From: Myxococcota bacterium
Lineage (GTDB): Bacteria > Myxococcota_A > UBA9160 > JAFDDA01
Direction: 5' to 3'
Length of the DNA: 64,000 nucleotides
Assembly (NCBI GenBank): GCA_965228475.1
Contig: OZ245817.1
Span: forward strand, 4,800,001 to 4,864,000
Shown: one piece after another, positions 50,840 to 62,512 of the stretch
Position numbering within the stretch: the first letter of the stretch is position 1
Layout of the letters: each line of letters begins with the position of its first letter
The notes under the pieces: model-generated
Told to the model about the DNA's origin: nothing
The model's input: the letters and a program-made list of their open reading frames with translations, nothing else
The model's database searches: none
Translations under genes and position numbers: made by a program

Positions 50840-52375
50840 CTAGAACTCGTAGATCACGTCCACGCCGGCCACGAACTGATCCGAGTCGCCGCCCCGGACG
50901 TTGCCGGTCGCTTCGCTCGTGCGCTCGTTGAAGATCGAGTCCGTGCAGGCGCGAGCGTTGGCCGGACCGCCGGCCCTGCGGCAGAACCGCTCGTAGTCGT
51001 CCCAGCGGATCTCGCCGCGCACCTTGATCTGATCGGAGAGCTGGTAGTGCAGCGTGCCGGTGATCGAGAGCGCTTCTTCGTCGAAGCCCGCGCTGCGGCG
51101 CAGGACCACGCCGGCGGGCAGGCCCGTAACGAGCGGACCGGTCGGTGCGGCGAAGGCGCCGAAGGTCGGCGAGAAGCCCGTACCGCTCGGGTTCTCGACC
51201 TGGGCGAAGTCCACGCGCAGGGTGGCGCCGATGCGCTCGTTGATCGTGTAGTGGCCGCCGACGGAGATGCCCCAGCCATCCGGGTCCGCGCCGTCGGGGT
51301 TGCGCCACTCGCGGTCGAAGTTCATCCACAGGTTGAGATCCGTGAAGGGATCCCAGGTGAAGATCACGTCGAGCACCGTGCGCTTGTCGCTCTCGCTGCC
51401 CGCGAACTCCGGACCCGTGATGCCCGCCACCGCGATCGACCAGTTCTCACCGGTCATGCGGATGCGGCCGGTGTAGGTCTTGTCGTGGTTGATGTCCGGG
51501 TCGTCCGGAGCGAAGCCGTTCACCACGCCGAGGTCGAGATCGATCACGCCCTCGCTGCCGAGGAAGTGGAAGCGGCGGTCGACCGTCTTCGACATCAGGA
51601 AGCCCAGGTGATCGACGGGCTGGAACGTCGCCCACAGGATGCTGCGGGAGATGTTGTAGTTGTAGGGCGCCTGCGCGACCTCGTAGCCGAGGAGCGTGGC
51701 GACCTTGCCGAGGGTCAGCTTCACGTCGCCGATCTTCGGGGCGTCCCACAGGTACTGGATGTTCGCCTGGTGGACGTAGATGTCGTCGTCCGAGTCGCCG
51801 CTGGCGAAGTTGCCCGAGAGCAGGTCCGCGACCTTGCCGAGCACGATGTCGGCGCGGAAGCCGGAGCGCTGCTCGGGGCTGACGGGCCGCTCGAGCTCGA
51901 ACCAGAGCTGATCGAACGAGAAGCCCTGGGCGTCCGGGTTGAGCGGGTTGAAGGCGCCGCCGCCGGCGAGGCCGCAGGTCGCGCCCGAAGCCGTCGCGCC
52001 GTTGCCGGTGTTGGCGTTGTTCGACGCCGACGCGCCGGCGCAGGCCTCGCCGTTGCCCGGCTGGTTGAAGTTGTGCCAGTAGCTGATGTTGACCCAGCCA
52101 CCGATCTCGAGGGACTGGAGGAAGGAGTCGATGCCCGAGGCGCCGTCGTCGTCGACCTTCAAGCCCGCGTTCGACATGACCTGCTTCTGCTGATTCACCT
52201 GGTCGGTGGCCGCCTCGAGCTGATCCGTCGTGTTCGTGAGCTTGTCTTCGAGCAGCATCAGACGCTCTTGCATCTGCCGAAGCTGCTCCTGAACCTGGGC
52301 GTCGTCGGCCGACGCAAGCTGCGGGGCAACGACGAATGCCGTGGCCACCAAGAGGCTGATCCAGCCGGAGCGCAT
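50840..52375 (-). CDS. Outer-membrane beta-barrel porin (BBP2-like), copy 2
   Basis: Paralogous to copy 1 (FDQLWFE, EVAQAPYNYNISRS); C-terminal VDVIYEF. Confidence 0.8.
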   Translation of the reverse strand: MRSGWISLLVATAFVVAPQLASADDAQVQEQLRQMQERLMLLEDKLTNTTDQLEAATDQVNQQKQVMSNAGLKVDDDGASGIDSFLQSLEIGGWVNISYWHNFNQPGNGEACAGASASNNANTGNGATASGATCGLAGGGAFNPLNPDAQGFSFDQLWFELERPVSPEQRSGFRADIVLGKVADLLSGNFASGDSDDDIYVHQANIQYLWDAPKIGDVKLTLGKVATLLGYEVAQAPYNYNISRSILWATFQPVDHLGFLMSKTVDRRFHFLGSEGVIDLDLGVVNGFAPDDPDINHDKTYTGRIRMTGENWSIAVAGITGPEFAGSESDKRTVLDVIFTWDPFTDLNLWMNFDREWRNPDGADPDGWGISVGGHYTINERIGATLRVDFAQVENPSGTGFSPTFGAFAAPTGPLVTGLPAGVVLRRSAGFDEEALSITGTLHYQLSDQIKVRGEIRWDDYERFCRRAGGPANARACTDSIFNERTSEATGNVRGGDSDQFVAGVDVIYEF

Positions 52376-52506
52376 TGGGTTTCCTCCTCGGGTATCTGAT
52401 GCGCGGCGTCCGGGCCTGGGCCCCGGACAAGAGATCGGGATGCGGATACGCTCGGCCGGCCCGCTGGCCGGAACTCGCCCACACCCCCTAGTAGCGGTCC
52501 CACCCC

Positions 52507-52535
52507 GGGATACGAAATTCCCCCGGCCATTGCAA
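52507..52535 (-). promoter_or_regulatory. Possible sigma-70 promoter of porin 2
   Basis: TTGCAA-N17-TATCCC on the minus strand. Confidence 0.4.
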
Positions 52536-52606
52536 TCGTTTACGGCGATTTCTTGCGGTTCGGCTGCCGCCGCCGAGTGCCTTTCCCTACGCGGAAGCGG
52601 GGCCGC

Positions 52607-53314
52607 TCACCGGGCGACGGGCCGCGCCTCGGCGGCGTCGAGCCAGCGCAGGGTCCGCGGGCAGGGAAGCGGGCCACCCGGGCCGGCGCCGCGCAGGCCG
52701 GCCAGGCGTGCGAGATCCTCGGCGGTGTCGAGATCGAAACACGGTTCGACGCGGTGACACGAGAGGCCCGCCGCCTCTGCCCGCTCGAGCGTGGCGTCGA
52801 GCACCCCGGCGTGGCTCATGGCGTGGTCGAACAGGCCGTCGACCGGGCGCCGCAGACCGAGCAGGCTGTAGCCGCCGTCGACGTCCGGGCAGACCACGAG
52901 GTCGTGCTCGTCGAGCCCCGCGCAGACCTCGGCGATGCGTTCGGCCGGGAGTGCGGGGCTGTCGCTCCCGCGCAGGAGGATCCGCTGCGCCCCGCCCGCC
53001 GCGCACTCGGCGACCGCATGCGCCATGCGGGCCGAGAGGTCTTCGCCCTGCTGGGCGACCACGCTGAAGGCCGAGGGCGCGCGCCGGGCCATCTTCGCGC
53101 GGGCGCCCTCGGGCGCCACGGTCAGGATCGGCGCGAGGCCGATCGCCTCCGCGGCCCGCGCGGAGGTCTCGAGCACGTCGTCGAGCATGCAGGCGTAGAG
53201 CTCGGCGGCCTGTTCCGGAAGGAGCGGCGGGCAAAGGCGCGTCTTCACCTGCCCGGGCGCGGGAGCCTTCGCGAAGACGACCAGGACGCCGCCGGCCTCG
53301 CGGGTCGCCGTCAC
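52607..53314 (-). CDS. DUF2064 / TIGR04282-family glycosyltransferase-like protein
   Basis: VFAKAPAPGQVKTRL, QQGEDLSARM, GSDSP, DGGYSLLG, DLDTAED. Confidence 0.85.
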   Translation of the reverse strand: MTATREAGGVLVVFAKAPAPGQVKTRLCPPLLPEQAAELYACMLDDVLETSARAAEAIGLAPILTVAPEGARAKMARRAPSAFSVVAQQGEDLSARMAHAVAECAAGGAQRILLRGSDSPALPAERIAEVCAGLDEHDLVVCPDVDGGYSLLGLRRPVDGLFDHAMSHAGVLDATLERAEAAGLSCHRVEPCFDLDTAEDLARLAGLRGAGPGGPLPCPRTLRWLDAAEARPVAR

Positions 53315-54288
53315 GATGCAGGCAGGAAGGGAAGCGCGCTCACGCGAACCGGGCCCGCTTCGCTCGCGAGTTCCGTGCCCTCGTCCTCGTGCTCGCGTCG
53401 AACGAAGCCGAGCCCGATCGCGCCGGCCTCGGCGGAGAGTGCGGTGCTCGTCACCTCCCCCGCACGCTTGCCGTTCGCGTCGCTGAGCTCGAGACCCGCG
53501 GGCGGCAGCTCGCCGGAAAAACGCAGACCGACGAGCAGGTGGTTCACCTGTCCGCGCGAGCGGATGCGCTCGACGATCTCCTGCCCCGTGTAGCAGCCCT
53601 TCGTCGTCGAGATCGCGTGGTGCAGGCGCGCTTCGGCGGGGAAGACGTCTTCGTCGAGCTCGCTGCCGAGGCCCGCCACGCCCGACTCGACGCGGAGGGT
53701 CTCGCGAACGGCTTCGTCCGCTTCGATCAGTCCGGAAGCAGACCCCGCAGCCAGGAGCGCCTCGCGAACGGCCGAAACTTCGGGACCCGGCACGAAGAGC
53801 TGACACGCCGGCAGGTTCGTGAAGCCGAACCGCCACGCGAGCACGTCGACCCCCGCCACGGCGGTCTCGACGGCGCCGAACTCCGCAGAAGGAAAGGCCG
53901 CCCCCGCGGCTTCGAGCACCGCCGCGGTCGCCGGGCCCTCGAGGCCGAGGCGAGCGAAGCCCGGCGTCGCATCGGCGAGGGCGACGTCGTCGGCCACGAT
54001 GTAGCGGTCGAGGCGCGCGTGCACCGCCTCCTGCACGCTCGCGCCGGTCTCGAGCCAGAAGCGGTCGCCTCGCGCGAGCACGCGGAGGTCCGCGATGATG
54101 CGGCCCTTCACCGTCAGCACCGTCGCGTAGCAGCCTTCGCCCGCGGAGAGGGCGGCGACGTCGTTGCTGATCTGGCCCTGGAGCCAGCGCACGCGGTCGC
54201 CGCCGGTGACCTCGAGGATCACGCGGTCTTCGTGAGCGAAGAGGCCGGCGCCGGCGCGGACCTGGCGCGTGGCCTCCGCGGCGCTCAC
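53311..54288 (-). CDS. ygfZ: YgfZ/GcvT-family folate-binding Fe-S repair protein
   Basis: KGCYTGQE signature, LQGQISND. Confidence 0.9.
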   Translation of the reverse strand: MSAAEATRQVRAGAGLFAHEDRVILEVTGGDRVRWLQGQISNDVAALSAGEGCYATVLTVKGRIIADLRVLARGDRFWLETGASVQEAVHARLDRYIVADDVALADATPGFARLGLEGPATAAVLEAAGAAFPSAEFGAVETAVAGVDVLAWRFGFTNLPACQLFVPGPEVSAVREALLAAGSASGLIEADEAVRETLRVESGVAGLGSELDEDVFPAEARLHHAISTTKGCYTGQEIVERIRSRGQVNHLLVGLRFSGELPPAGLELSDANGKRAGEVTSTALSAEAGAIGLGFVRREHEDEGTELASEAGPVRVSALPFLPAS

Positions 54289-55292
54289 TCGCCGCCCCCG
54301 GCGCGGGCGGGGAGCGCGCCGTAGAGCGCCTCGCCGCGCGCGATCTGCGCGGGCATCCATTCTTCGTAGCGCGTGCGCGCGGCGTGCAGATCGTCTTCGT
54401 TGTCGATGTCGACGGCGCAGCCGCCCACCTCCGTGACGGCCAGTCGGAAGTTCGTTCCGAGCAGCCGCGACATCGTGCGCTCGACGCGCGTGAAGGGCAG
54501 GAAGGAGCGGATCCAATCCGAGAGCCGGTTCCAGCCGGCGCGGTTCGCGAAGGCGCCGAACTGCAGGAGCGAGAAACCCCAGAGCACCGAGAGCCCCCCG
54601 CCGTCCCGCGTCGCCAGACGCCAGGCCAGGCCGAGGATCGGCAGGAGCTGCTTCTGGTAGCGGTGCTCGTACATCTCCTCGATGTAGTTGCGGTGGCCGA
54701 GCTTCATCGGCTTCACCACGAACAGATTGCTCTGCCGGAAGCGGCCCTCGCCGACGTTGAAGTAGGCCATCTCGATGCCGGGCTCGCCGGGCGCCTTCGG
54801 GTAGAAGGGCTCCATGCTCTCTTCGGGCACGAGACCCGTCACGAAGTCCGCGCCGGTCTCGAGCGCGCGGCGCGTGAAGGCCGAAAGTTCGTGGGGCGTC
54901 GCGAAGGGGAGATCGGCGGAGAGGAAGAGCGCCGCGCGCTCCTCTTCGTCGGGGCGCGGGTCGCGCCCTTCGGGCGGCGCGCCGGGCAGCGTACGGCGGA
55001 ACGTCTCCCAGAGATTCTTGTAGAGGTTCCGGAACTGCGGAACGACGTGGAGGGACTTTTTCAGCGCGTCCCGAACGCCCGATTCCGAGAGGACGCTCTC
55101 GAGCCGCTCGGCGTTGCCGACGAGCCAGACCTCGCTCACCTCGGGAACGTCCTGGAGAGCCAGGACCGCGCGCGCCACCAGCGGCAGCCCGCCGACCTCG
55201 AGATACACCTTGCTCTCGCCGTGGACCGCCCGAGAGGCCTTGCCCTCGCCAGCGGCGACGATCGCCGGGATTCCTCGAGACACCTCGTTCAT
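54285..55292 (-). CDS. MobA-like nucleotidyltransferase family protein
   Basis: AIVAAGEG, SKVYL, SADLP, DIDNEDD. Confidence 0.75.
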   Translation of the reverse strand: MNEVSRGIPAIVAAGEGKASRAVHGESKVYLEVGGLPLVARAVLALQDVPEVSEVWLVGNAERLESVLSESGVRDALKKSLHVVPQFRNLYKNLWETFRRTLPGAPPEGRDPRPDEEERAALFLSADLPFATPHELSAFTRRALETGADFVTGLVPEESMEPFYPKAPGEPGIEMAYFNVGEGRFRQSNLFVVKPMKLGHRNYIEEMYEHRYQKQLLPILGLAWRLATRDGGGLSVLWGFSLLQFGAFANRAGWNRLSDWIRSFLPFTRVERTMSRLLGTNFRLAVTEVGGCAVDIDNEDDLHAARTRYEEWMPAQIARGEALYGALPARAGGGE

Positions 55293-55340
55293 GGGTTGGA
55301 GACTAGTCCGAAAGGCACTGCCTGGGGTCGAGACCCGGGG

Positions 55341-55416
55341 TGGTGGAGCCGAGCGGGATCGAACCGCCAACCTCCGCGTTGCGAACGCGGCGCTCTCCCA
55401 ATTGAGCTACGGCCCC
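55341..55416 (-). tRNA. tRNA-Ala (anticodon CGC)
   Basis: GGGGCCGTAGCTCAATTGGGAGAGCGCCGCGTTCGCAACGCGGAGGTTGGCGGTTCGATCCCGCTCGGCTCCACCA: cloverleaf, G3:U70, encoded CCA. Confidence 0.97.
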
Positions 55417-55460
55417 GGAGACCGGACCCCCGCCCGGAGGGCGGAGAGGTCGGAGCCGGG

Positions 55461-55489
55461 ACGGTAGGTCCCGGCCGTGGGGGCGTCAA
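55461..55489 (-). promoter_or_regulatory. Sigma-70-like promoter of tRNA-Ala
   Basis: TTGACG-N17-TACCGT on the minus strand. Confidence 0.6.
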
Positions 55490-55553
55490 CCAGCCGCCAC
55501 CAAACGGGAAATGGAGGCTTGCCGCCGGGCGCCCGGGACCCCAGGCTTACGGA

Positions 55554-56009
55554 ATGAGCGTACAAATCGGAACCATCCTGGCCCCTCTCGACTTCTCCGA
55601 CCATGCCGACGGCATCCTCGACTGGGCGGTCCACCTCGCCAAGGCGCACGGAAGCCGCCTCGTCCTGATGCACGCCTACCACCTGCCCGTCGAGTTCCAG
55701 CAGATGGAGGGCGCCTACCTCCCCGCCGAGTTCTGGACCCAGGTGAAGAGCGAGGCCGAGAAGACCCTCGAAGGCCATGCGGCCCGGCTCCGCGGCGAAG
55801 GCATCGAGGTGGTCGTGAAGGTGGTCGAGGGCTACCCGGCCACCGCGATCGAGGACACCGCCAAGGGCGAGAACGCGGACCTCATCGTGATCGGAACCCA
55901 CGGCCACACCGGTCTGAAGCACCTCCTGCTCGGCAGCGTCGCGGAGCGCGTCGTCCAGAAGGCGCCCTGCCCGGTGCTGACGGTGAAGACGGGCGACGTC
56001 GACGACTGA
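55554..56009 (+). CDS. Universal stress protein (UspA family)
   Basis: ILAPLDFS, DLIVIGTHGHTG, LLGSVAERVV..APCPVL. Confidence 0.93.
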   Translation: MSVQIGTILAPLDFSDHADGILDWAVHLAKAHGSRLVLMHAYHLPVEFQQMEGAYLPAEFWTQVKSEAEKTLEGHAARLRGEGIEVVVKVVEGYPATAIEDTAKGENADLIVIGTHGHTGLKHLLLGSVAERVVQKAPCPVLTVKTGDVDD

Positions 56010-56038
56010 GTTCCCCAGGTTCGCGGTAGGATGGACGG

Positions 56039-56692
56039 ATGGTGAAGAAGCCCGAAGGCGGGGAGAGCCCGCGCGCGGTGCGCAAGCCGCAGCAGGCGCG
56101 CAGCCGGCGCACGCGGGAGCGCGTGCTCGTGGCCGCCGTCGCCTGCTTCGAAGAGGCCGGCTACGACAAGACCACCACCGCGGCCATCGCGCGCCGGGCC
56201 GGCATCGCCGTCGGCACGCTCTACGGCTACTTCCGCGACAAGCGCAGCATCCTGCTCGAGCTGATCGATCGCACGATCAAGGAGAACGTCGACTACGTCG
56301 CGAAGGAGCTCGAGCCCGAGGCCTGGGTCGGGACCGACCCCCACGAGAACACGCGCGCCCTGATCGACGCCGTCTTCCACACGCGCAGCCTCAACCCGGG
56401 CATGCAGCGCATCCTGTGGGAGCGCTTCTTCAAGGATCCGGAGGTGCGCGCCGCGATGGAGGAGCTCGAGGGGCGCGTGCAGGGCGCGCTCGCGGAGCTG
56501 CTCGCGCACCTGAAGGCGAGCGGCCAGCTCCGCATCGACGACGTCGAGACGGCGGCGCGCGTGATCAGCCTCTCGGTCGAGTGGATGGCGAACCGGCTGC
56601 TGCTCGGGGGCGACGAGCTCCAGACCGACTCCGCCGTCGCCGCCACGGCGGACATGATCTCGCGGTTCCTTTTCGAAGACCGTCCGGCGTAG
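56039..56692 (+). CDS. TetR/AcrR family regulator
   Basis: GYDKTTTAAIARRAGIAVGTLYGYFRDK. Confidence 0.93.
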   Translation: MVKKPEGGESPRAVRKPQQARSRRTRERVLVAAVACFEEAGYDKTTTAAIARRAGIAVGTLYGYFRDKRSILLELIDRTIKENVDYVAKELEPEAWVGTDPHENTRALIDAVFHTRSLNPGMQRILWERFFKDPEVRAAMEELEGRVQGALAELLAHLKASGQLRIDDVETAARVISLSVEWMANRLLLGGDELQTDSAVAATADMISRFLFEDRPA

Positions 56693-56699
56693 AGCCCGA

Positions 56700-58358
56700 C
56701 TACTCCGAATCCTTGCGCAGCCGCGCGCCGAGGCTTCCGCCCGGGTGACGGGCGGCGTAGTCCGCGGCGGTGAAGTCGCGGGCATCCTCGAGGGCGGCGG
56801 AGAGCGCCGCCATCACCAGCACCTCGGCGGCGACGCTCGCGCGCGGCGCGAGACCGAGCCCGCCCCCCTCGCGCGAGACGCCGGCGAACAGGAACACGTC
56901 GGCGTTCCGCCCGAGCCAGGAGGCTTCGTTGCCGGAGATGCCGATCACGCGCACGCCGAGCCGCTGAACGGTCTCGACGGCGCCGCGCAGCTCCGCCGTG
57001 TCGCCGCTGTTGCTGATCGCGATGACGACGTCGCCCGCCGCCACCTGGCCGGCGCTGCCGTGGGTCGCCTCGGTGCCGTGCAGGAACGTCGCGGGCGTGC
57101 CCGTCGAGGCGAGCAGCGAAGCGCCGTAGCGCGCGACGTGCTCGGGCTTGCCGATGCCGGTGACGTGGACGCGGCGCTCCTTCTCCTCCGCGCCGCGAAC
57201 GAGCGCCGTCGCCGCGTCGAAGGCCGCCGGTTCGAGGCGCGCGCGCAGCGCCACGACCTCTTCGAGCATCACGTCCAGGGTCGCGAAGGCCTCCGCGGCC
57301 GCGCGGCCGATCTCGGCGGCGCGGGGTGCCGGGGCGAGCTCGAGCGGCGCGCCCTCGTAGAGTTGGAGCACCCGGTCACGGGCGGCGGCGGGGTCCTCGG
57401 GGAAGGCCCCGAGGCGTTCGCAGCAGGCCGCACCGCAGGCGTTCGCCAGGGCGCCGGCGTCGCGCCAGCCGAGCCCGGCATCGAGCGCCGCGAGGAGACC
57501 GCCGAGGAACGCGTCCCCGGCGCCGGTCGTGTCGACGACGTCGACGCGCGACGCCGCGAGGGTCTCCTCGAACCCGTCCGCGCAGATCGCGCAGCCGCGC
57601 TCTCCGTCCGTCACCACGACCGCGCGGCTGCCGAAGCGATCGCGCGCGGCGCGGGCGAGGGCGAGAGCCTCGCTCCCGGCCTCGGGGAAGAGCTCCGCGA
57701 GCGCGGACTTCGAAGGCTTCAGCACGTCCGCCGCGCGGAGCACGGCATCGAGCGCCTCGGCGCTGCCGAGCGCGGGCACGGCGGCGCTCGGCGGGAGATC
57801 GAGATCGAGCACGCTCGGCACGTCCGCCTCGCGCGCGATGGCGAGCACTTCGGCGACGGCAGCGAGCGGGAGCTGGGAGACCTCGGTCGTCACCCGGCGC
57901 GCGCGGCGGATGAACGCCTCGTGGTGGCTTCGAACGTGCTCGGCCGTGGTCTCGGCCGTCGCGCCGGGCGCCATGTAGATCGCGCGGCCGCCCTCGGCAT
58001 CGACGAAGATCTCGGCGGTCGAACTCGCCGAGCCGTCGAGCACGAGGTCGTGCTCGATCCCCGCGCGGTCCATCGCCGCACGCAGGGTCCGACCGACCGC
58101 GTCTTCCGCCTGCTTGCCGAAGATCCCGGTGCGCAGCCCGAGCGCCGCCGCCCAGCCGAGGTGGTTGAGCACGACGCCGCCGATCTTCTCGGAGACCGGC
58201 GCGCCGTCGTCGAGCGGAAGCACGCTCGCCTTCTCGTCCGGCCCGAGCACCCGCTCGACCCGGTGCATGCGGTCGAGGACCATGCTGCCGATCCCGGCGA
58301 CGGCGAGCGGGCCCGGGCGTCCGCCCTGCGCGTTCGTTCGGCGGGGCGCCTCGCTCAT
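56700..58358 (-). CDS. Fusion of a PfkB-family sugar kinase and a KdsD/GutQ-type SIS sugar-phosphate isomerase
   Basis: PfkB: IGGVVLN, VTDGERG, DTTGAGDAF. SIS: VTGIGK, EATHG, ISNSGDT, GLAPRAS, HPGGSLG. No CBS domains. Confidence 0.85.
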   Translation of the reverse strand: MSEAPRRTNAQGGRPGPLAVAGIGSMVLDRMHRVERVLGPDEKASVLPLDDGAPVSEKIGGVVLNHLGWAAALGLRTGIFGKQAEDAVGRTLRAAMDRAGIEHDLVLDGSASSTAEIFVDAEGGRAIYMAPGATAETTAEHVRSHHEAFIRRARRVTTEVSQLPLAAVAEVLAIAREADVPSVLDLDLPPSAAVPALGSAEALDAVLRAADVLKPSKSALAELFPEAGSEALALARAARDRFGSRAVVVTDGERGCAICADGFEETLAASRVDVVDTTGAGDAFLGGLLAALDAGLGWRDAGALANACGAACCERLGAFPEDPAAARDRVLQLYEGAPLELAPAPRAAEIGRAAAEAFATLDVMLEEVVALRARLEPAAFDAATALVRGAEEKERRVHVTGIGKPEHVARYGASLLASTGTPATFLHGTEATHGSAGQVAAGDVVIAISNSGDTAELRGAVETVQRLGVRVIGISGNEASWLGRNADVFLFAGVSREGGGLGLAPRASVAAEVLVMAALSAALEDARDFTAADYAARHPGGSLGARLRKDSE

Positions 58359-59443
58359 GCGGCGGGCGTGCGCCACGGCGCCTGCAGGCGCTCGCTGGCG
58401 AGGGAGCGGACTTCCTCGAAGACCTCGTCGAAGCGCTCCGCGTCGGGCCGCGCGAGCGCGGGGGTTCCCGGCGCGACGGCGTCGCTCGTGGTCACGCCGA
58501 GGGTCACGAGCGCGCGCTTCAGGCAGGCGATGGTGCGGCGGCCGCTCGCGGCCCGCGTGCCGACGCGGAAGCGGTCCACGACCTCGCGCACGGCGTCCAT
58601 GCGCTCGACGTCGCCGGCCCGGCAGACCTGCCAGGCGTGCGCCCACTCCCGGGGCAGCACGTTCGCCGGCCCGGCCACGACGCCGACCGGCATCTCGCCG
58701 CGCAGGCGGTAGCGCACCCAGCGTTCCATCACGCGGCCGAGCGGCCCGCCGCGGGGCCGGAAGATCTCGAAGATCAGCATCGCGTTCCCGACGTAGATCC
58801 CGAACTCGCCCCGGTCCCGGAAGTTCCGGGCGGCCTTCGTGTAGTTGCCGAGCACCTTGCGCGCGGCGGAGACCTTGATCCCGCGCACGAAGTCGAGCCG
58901 CGACATCTCCTTCACCTGACGCGTGCGGATGTGGGGCACGCGCGCGTCGATGGCGATGTCGGCGTTGTCGTAGAGGTAGACGGGGATGCGGCGCGGGGCG
59001 GCATCGAGCCGGTCCGCGATGTCGCGGCGCAGGAACTCGACCGGGTCGCGCACGTCGACGATGGAGAGCGGGGCAAGCACCGCGGCGTCGGCGCCGCAGG
59101 CGATGGCGAACTCGAGGTTCTCGAGGGTCTCGCTGCGCGTCGGGGTCGTGATCCCGGCCCAGGATTCGACCTTGCGCTCGCCGTCGGCCGAGAGCTGCGC
59201 GTTCACCTTGGCCACCTCTTCCGAGCAGACCTGGATCACGCCCTGGCGCACGTCGTTTCCGAGCTGATCCCACTCACCGGTCGTCCCGGCGGAGAAGACG
59301 ACGTCGGCGCCTCGCCCGTCCTGGACGACGTGGCGCACGAGCGCGCGCTGATCCGCCTCGATCAGCGCGCCCGACTCGTCCACCACCGTGACGACGGGAA
59401 CCGAGAGCCCGGGCCTCGGCCGAATGTCCTCGAGCGTCCTCAA
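58355..59443 (-). CDS. DHDPS/N-acetylneuraminate-lyase-family aldolase (divergent)
   Basis: VPVVT, GTTGE, YLYDN, Schiff-base Lys in GIKVS. Confidence 0.8.
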   Translation of the reverse strand: MRTLEDIRPRPGLSVPVVTVVDESGALIEADQRALVRHVVQDGRGADVVFSAGTTGEWDQLGNDVRQGVIQVCSEEVAKVNAQLSADGERKVESWAGITTPTRSETLENLEFAIACGADAAVLAPLSIVDVRDPVEFLRRDIADRLDAAPRRIPVYLYDNADIAIDARVPHIRTRQVKEMSRLDFVRGIKVSAARKVLGNYTKAARNFRDRGEFGIYVGNAMLIFEIFRPRGGPLGRVMERWVRYRLRGEMPVGVVAGPANVLPREWAHAWQVCRAGDVERMDAVREVVDRFRVGTRAASGRRTIACLKRALVTLGVTTSDAVAPGTPALARPDAERFDEVFEEVRSLASERLQAPWRTPAA

Positions 59444-59553
59444 GCGAGAAAGTCCTCCAGACCTGATGACCGCGATCTCGCGACCGCAAATGAGCCTAGT
59501 GACTCACCCGGCGGCGGGCCACGCCGGGAGGCAGGGAAGCCCGCTCCGCGGCG

Positions 59554-62481
<2,928 letters not shown>

Positions 62482-62512
62482 GAAGCGGGCCCGGCGACGG
62501 GACGGAACGGAT

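Noticed and set aside
55341..55416. tRNA-Ala as a genomic-island insertion site
   Set aside because: No integrase, no duplicated tRNA 3' end noticed, and no composition shift downstream.
58355..59443. Second dapA
   Set aside because: Lacks PYY and the RT motif of true DapA; the canonical gene is in the lysine operon.
59460..59530. CTGATGA upstream of the aldolase as a hammerhead ribozyme
   Set aside because: No GAAA after the following stem and no supporting stems.
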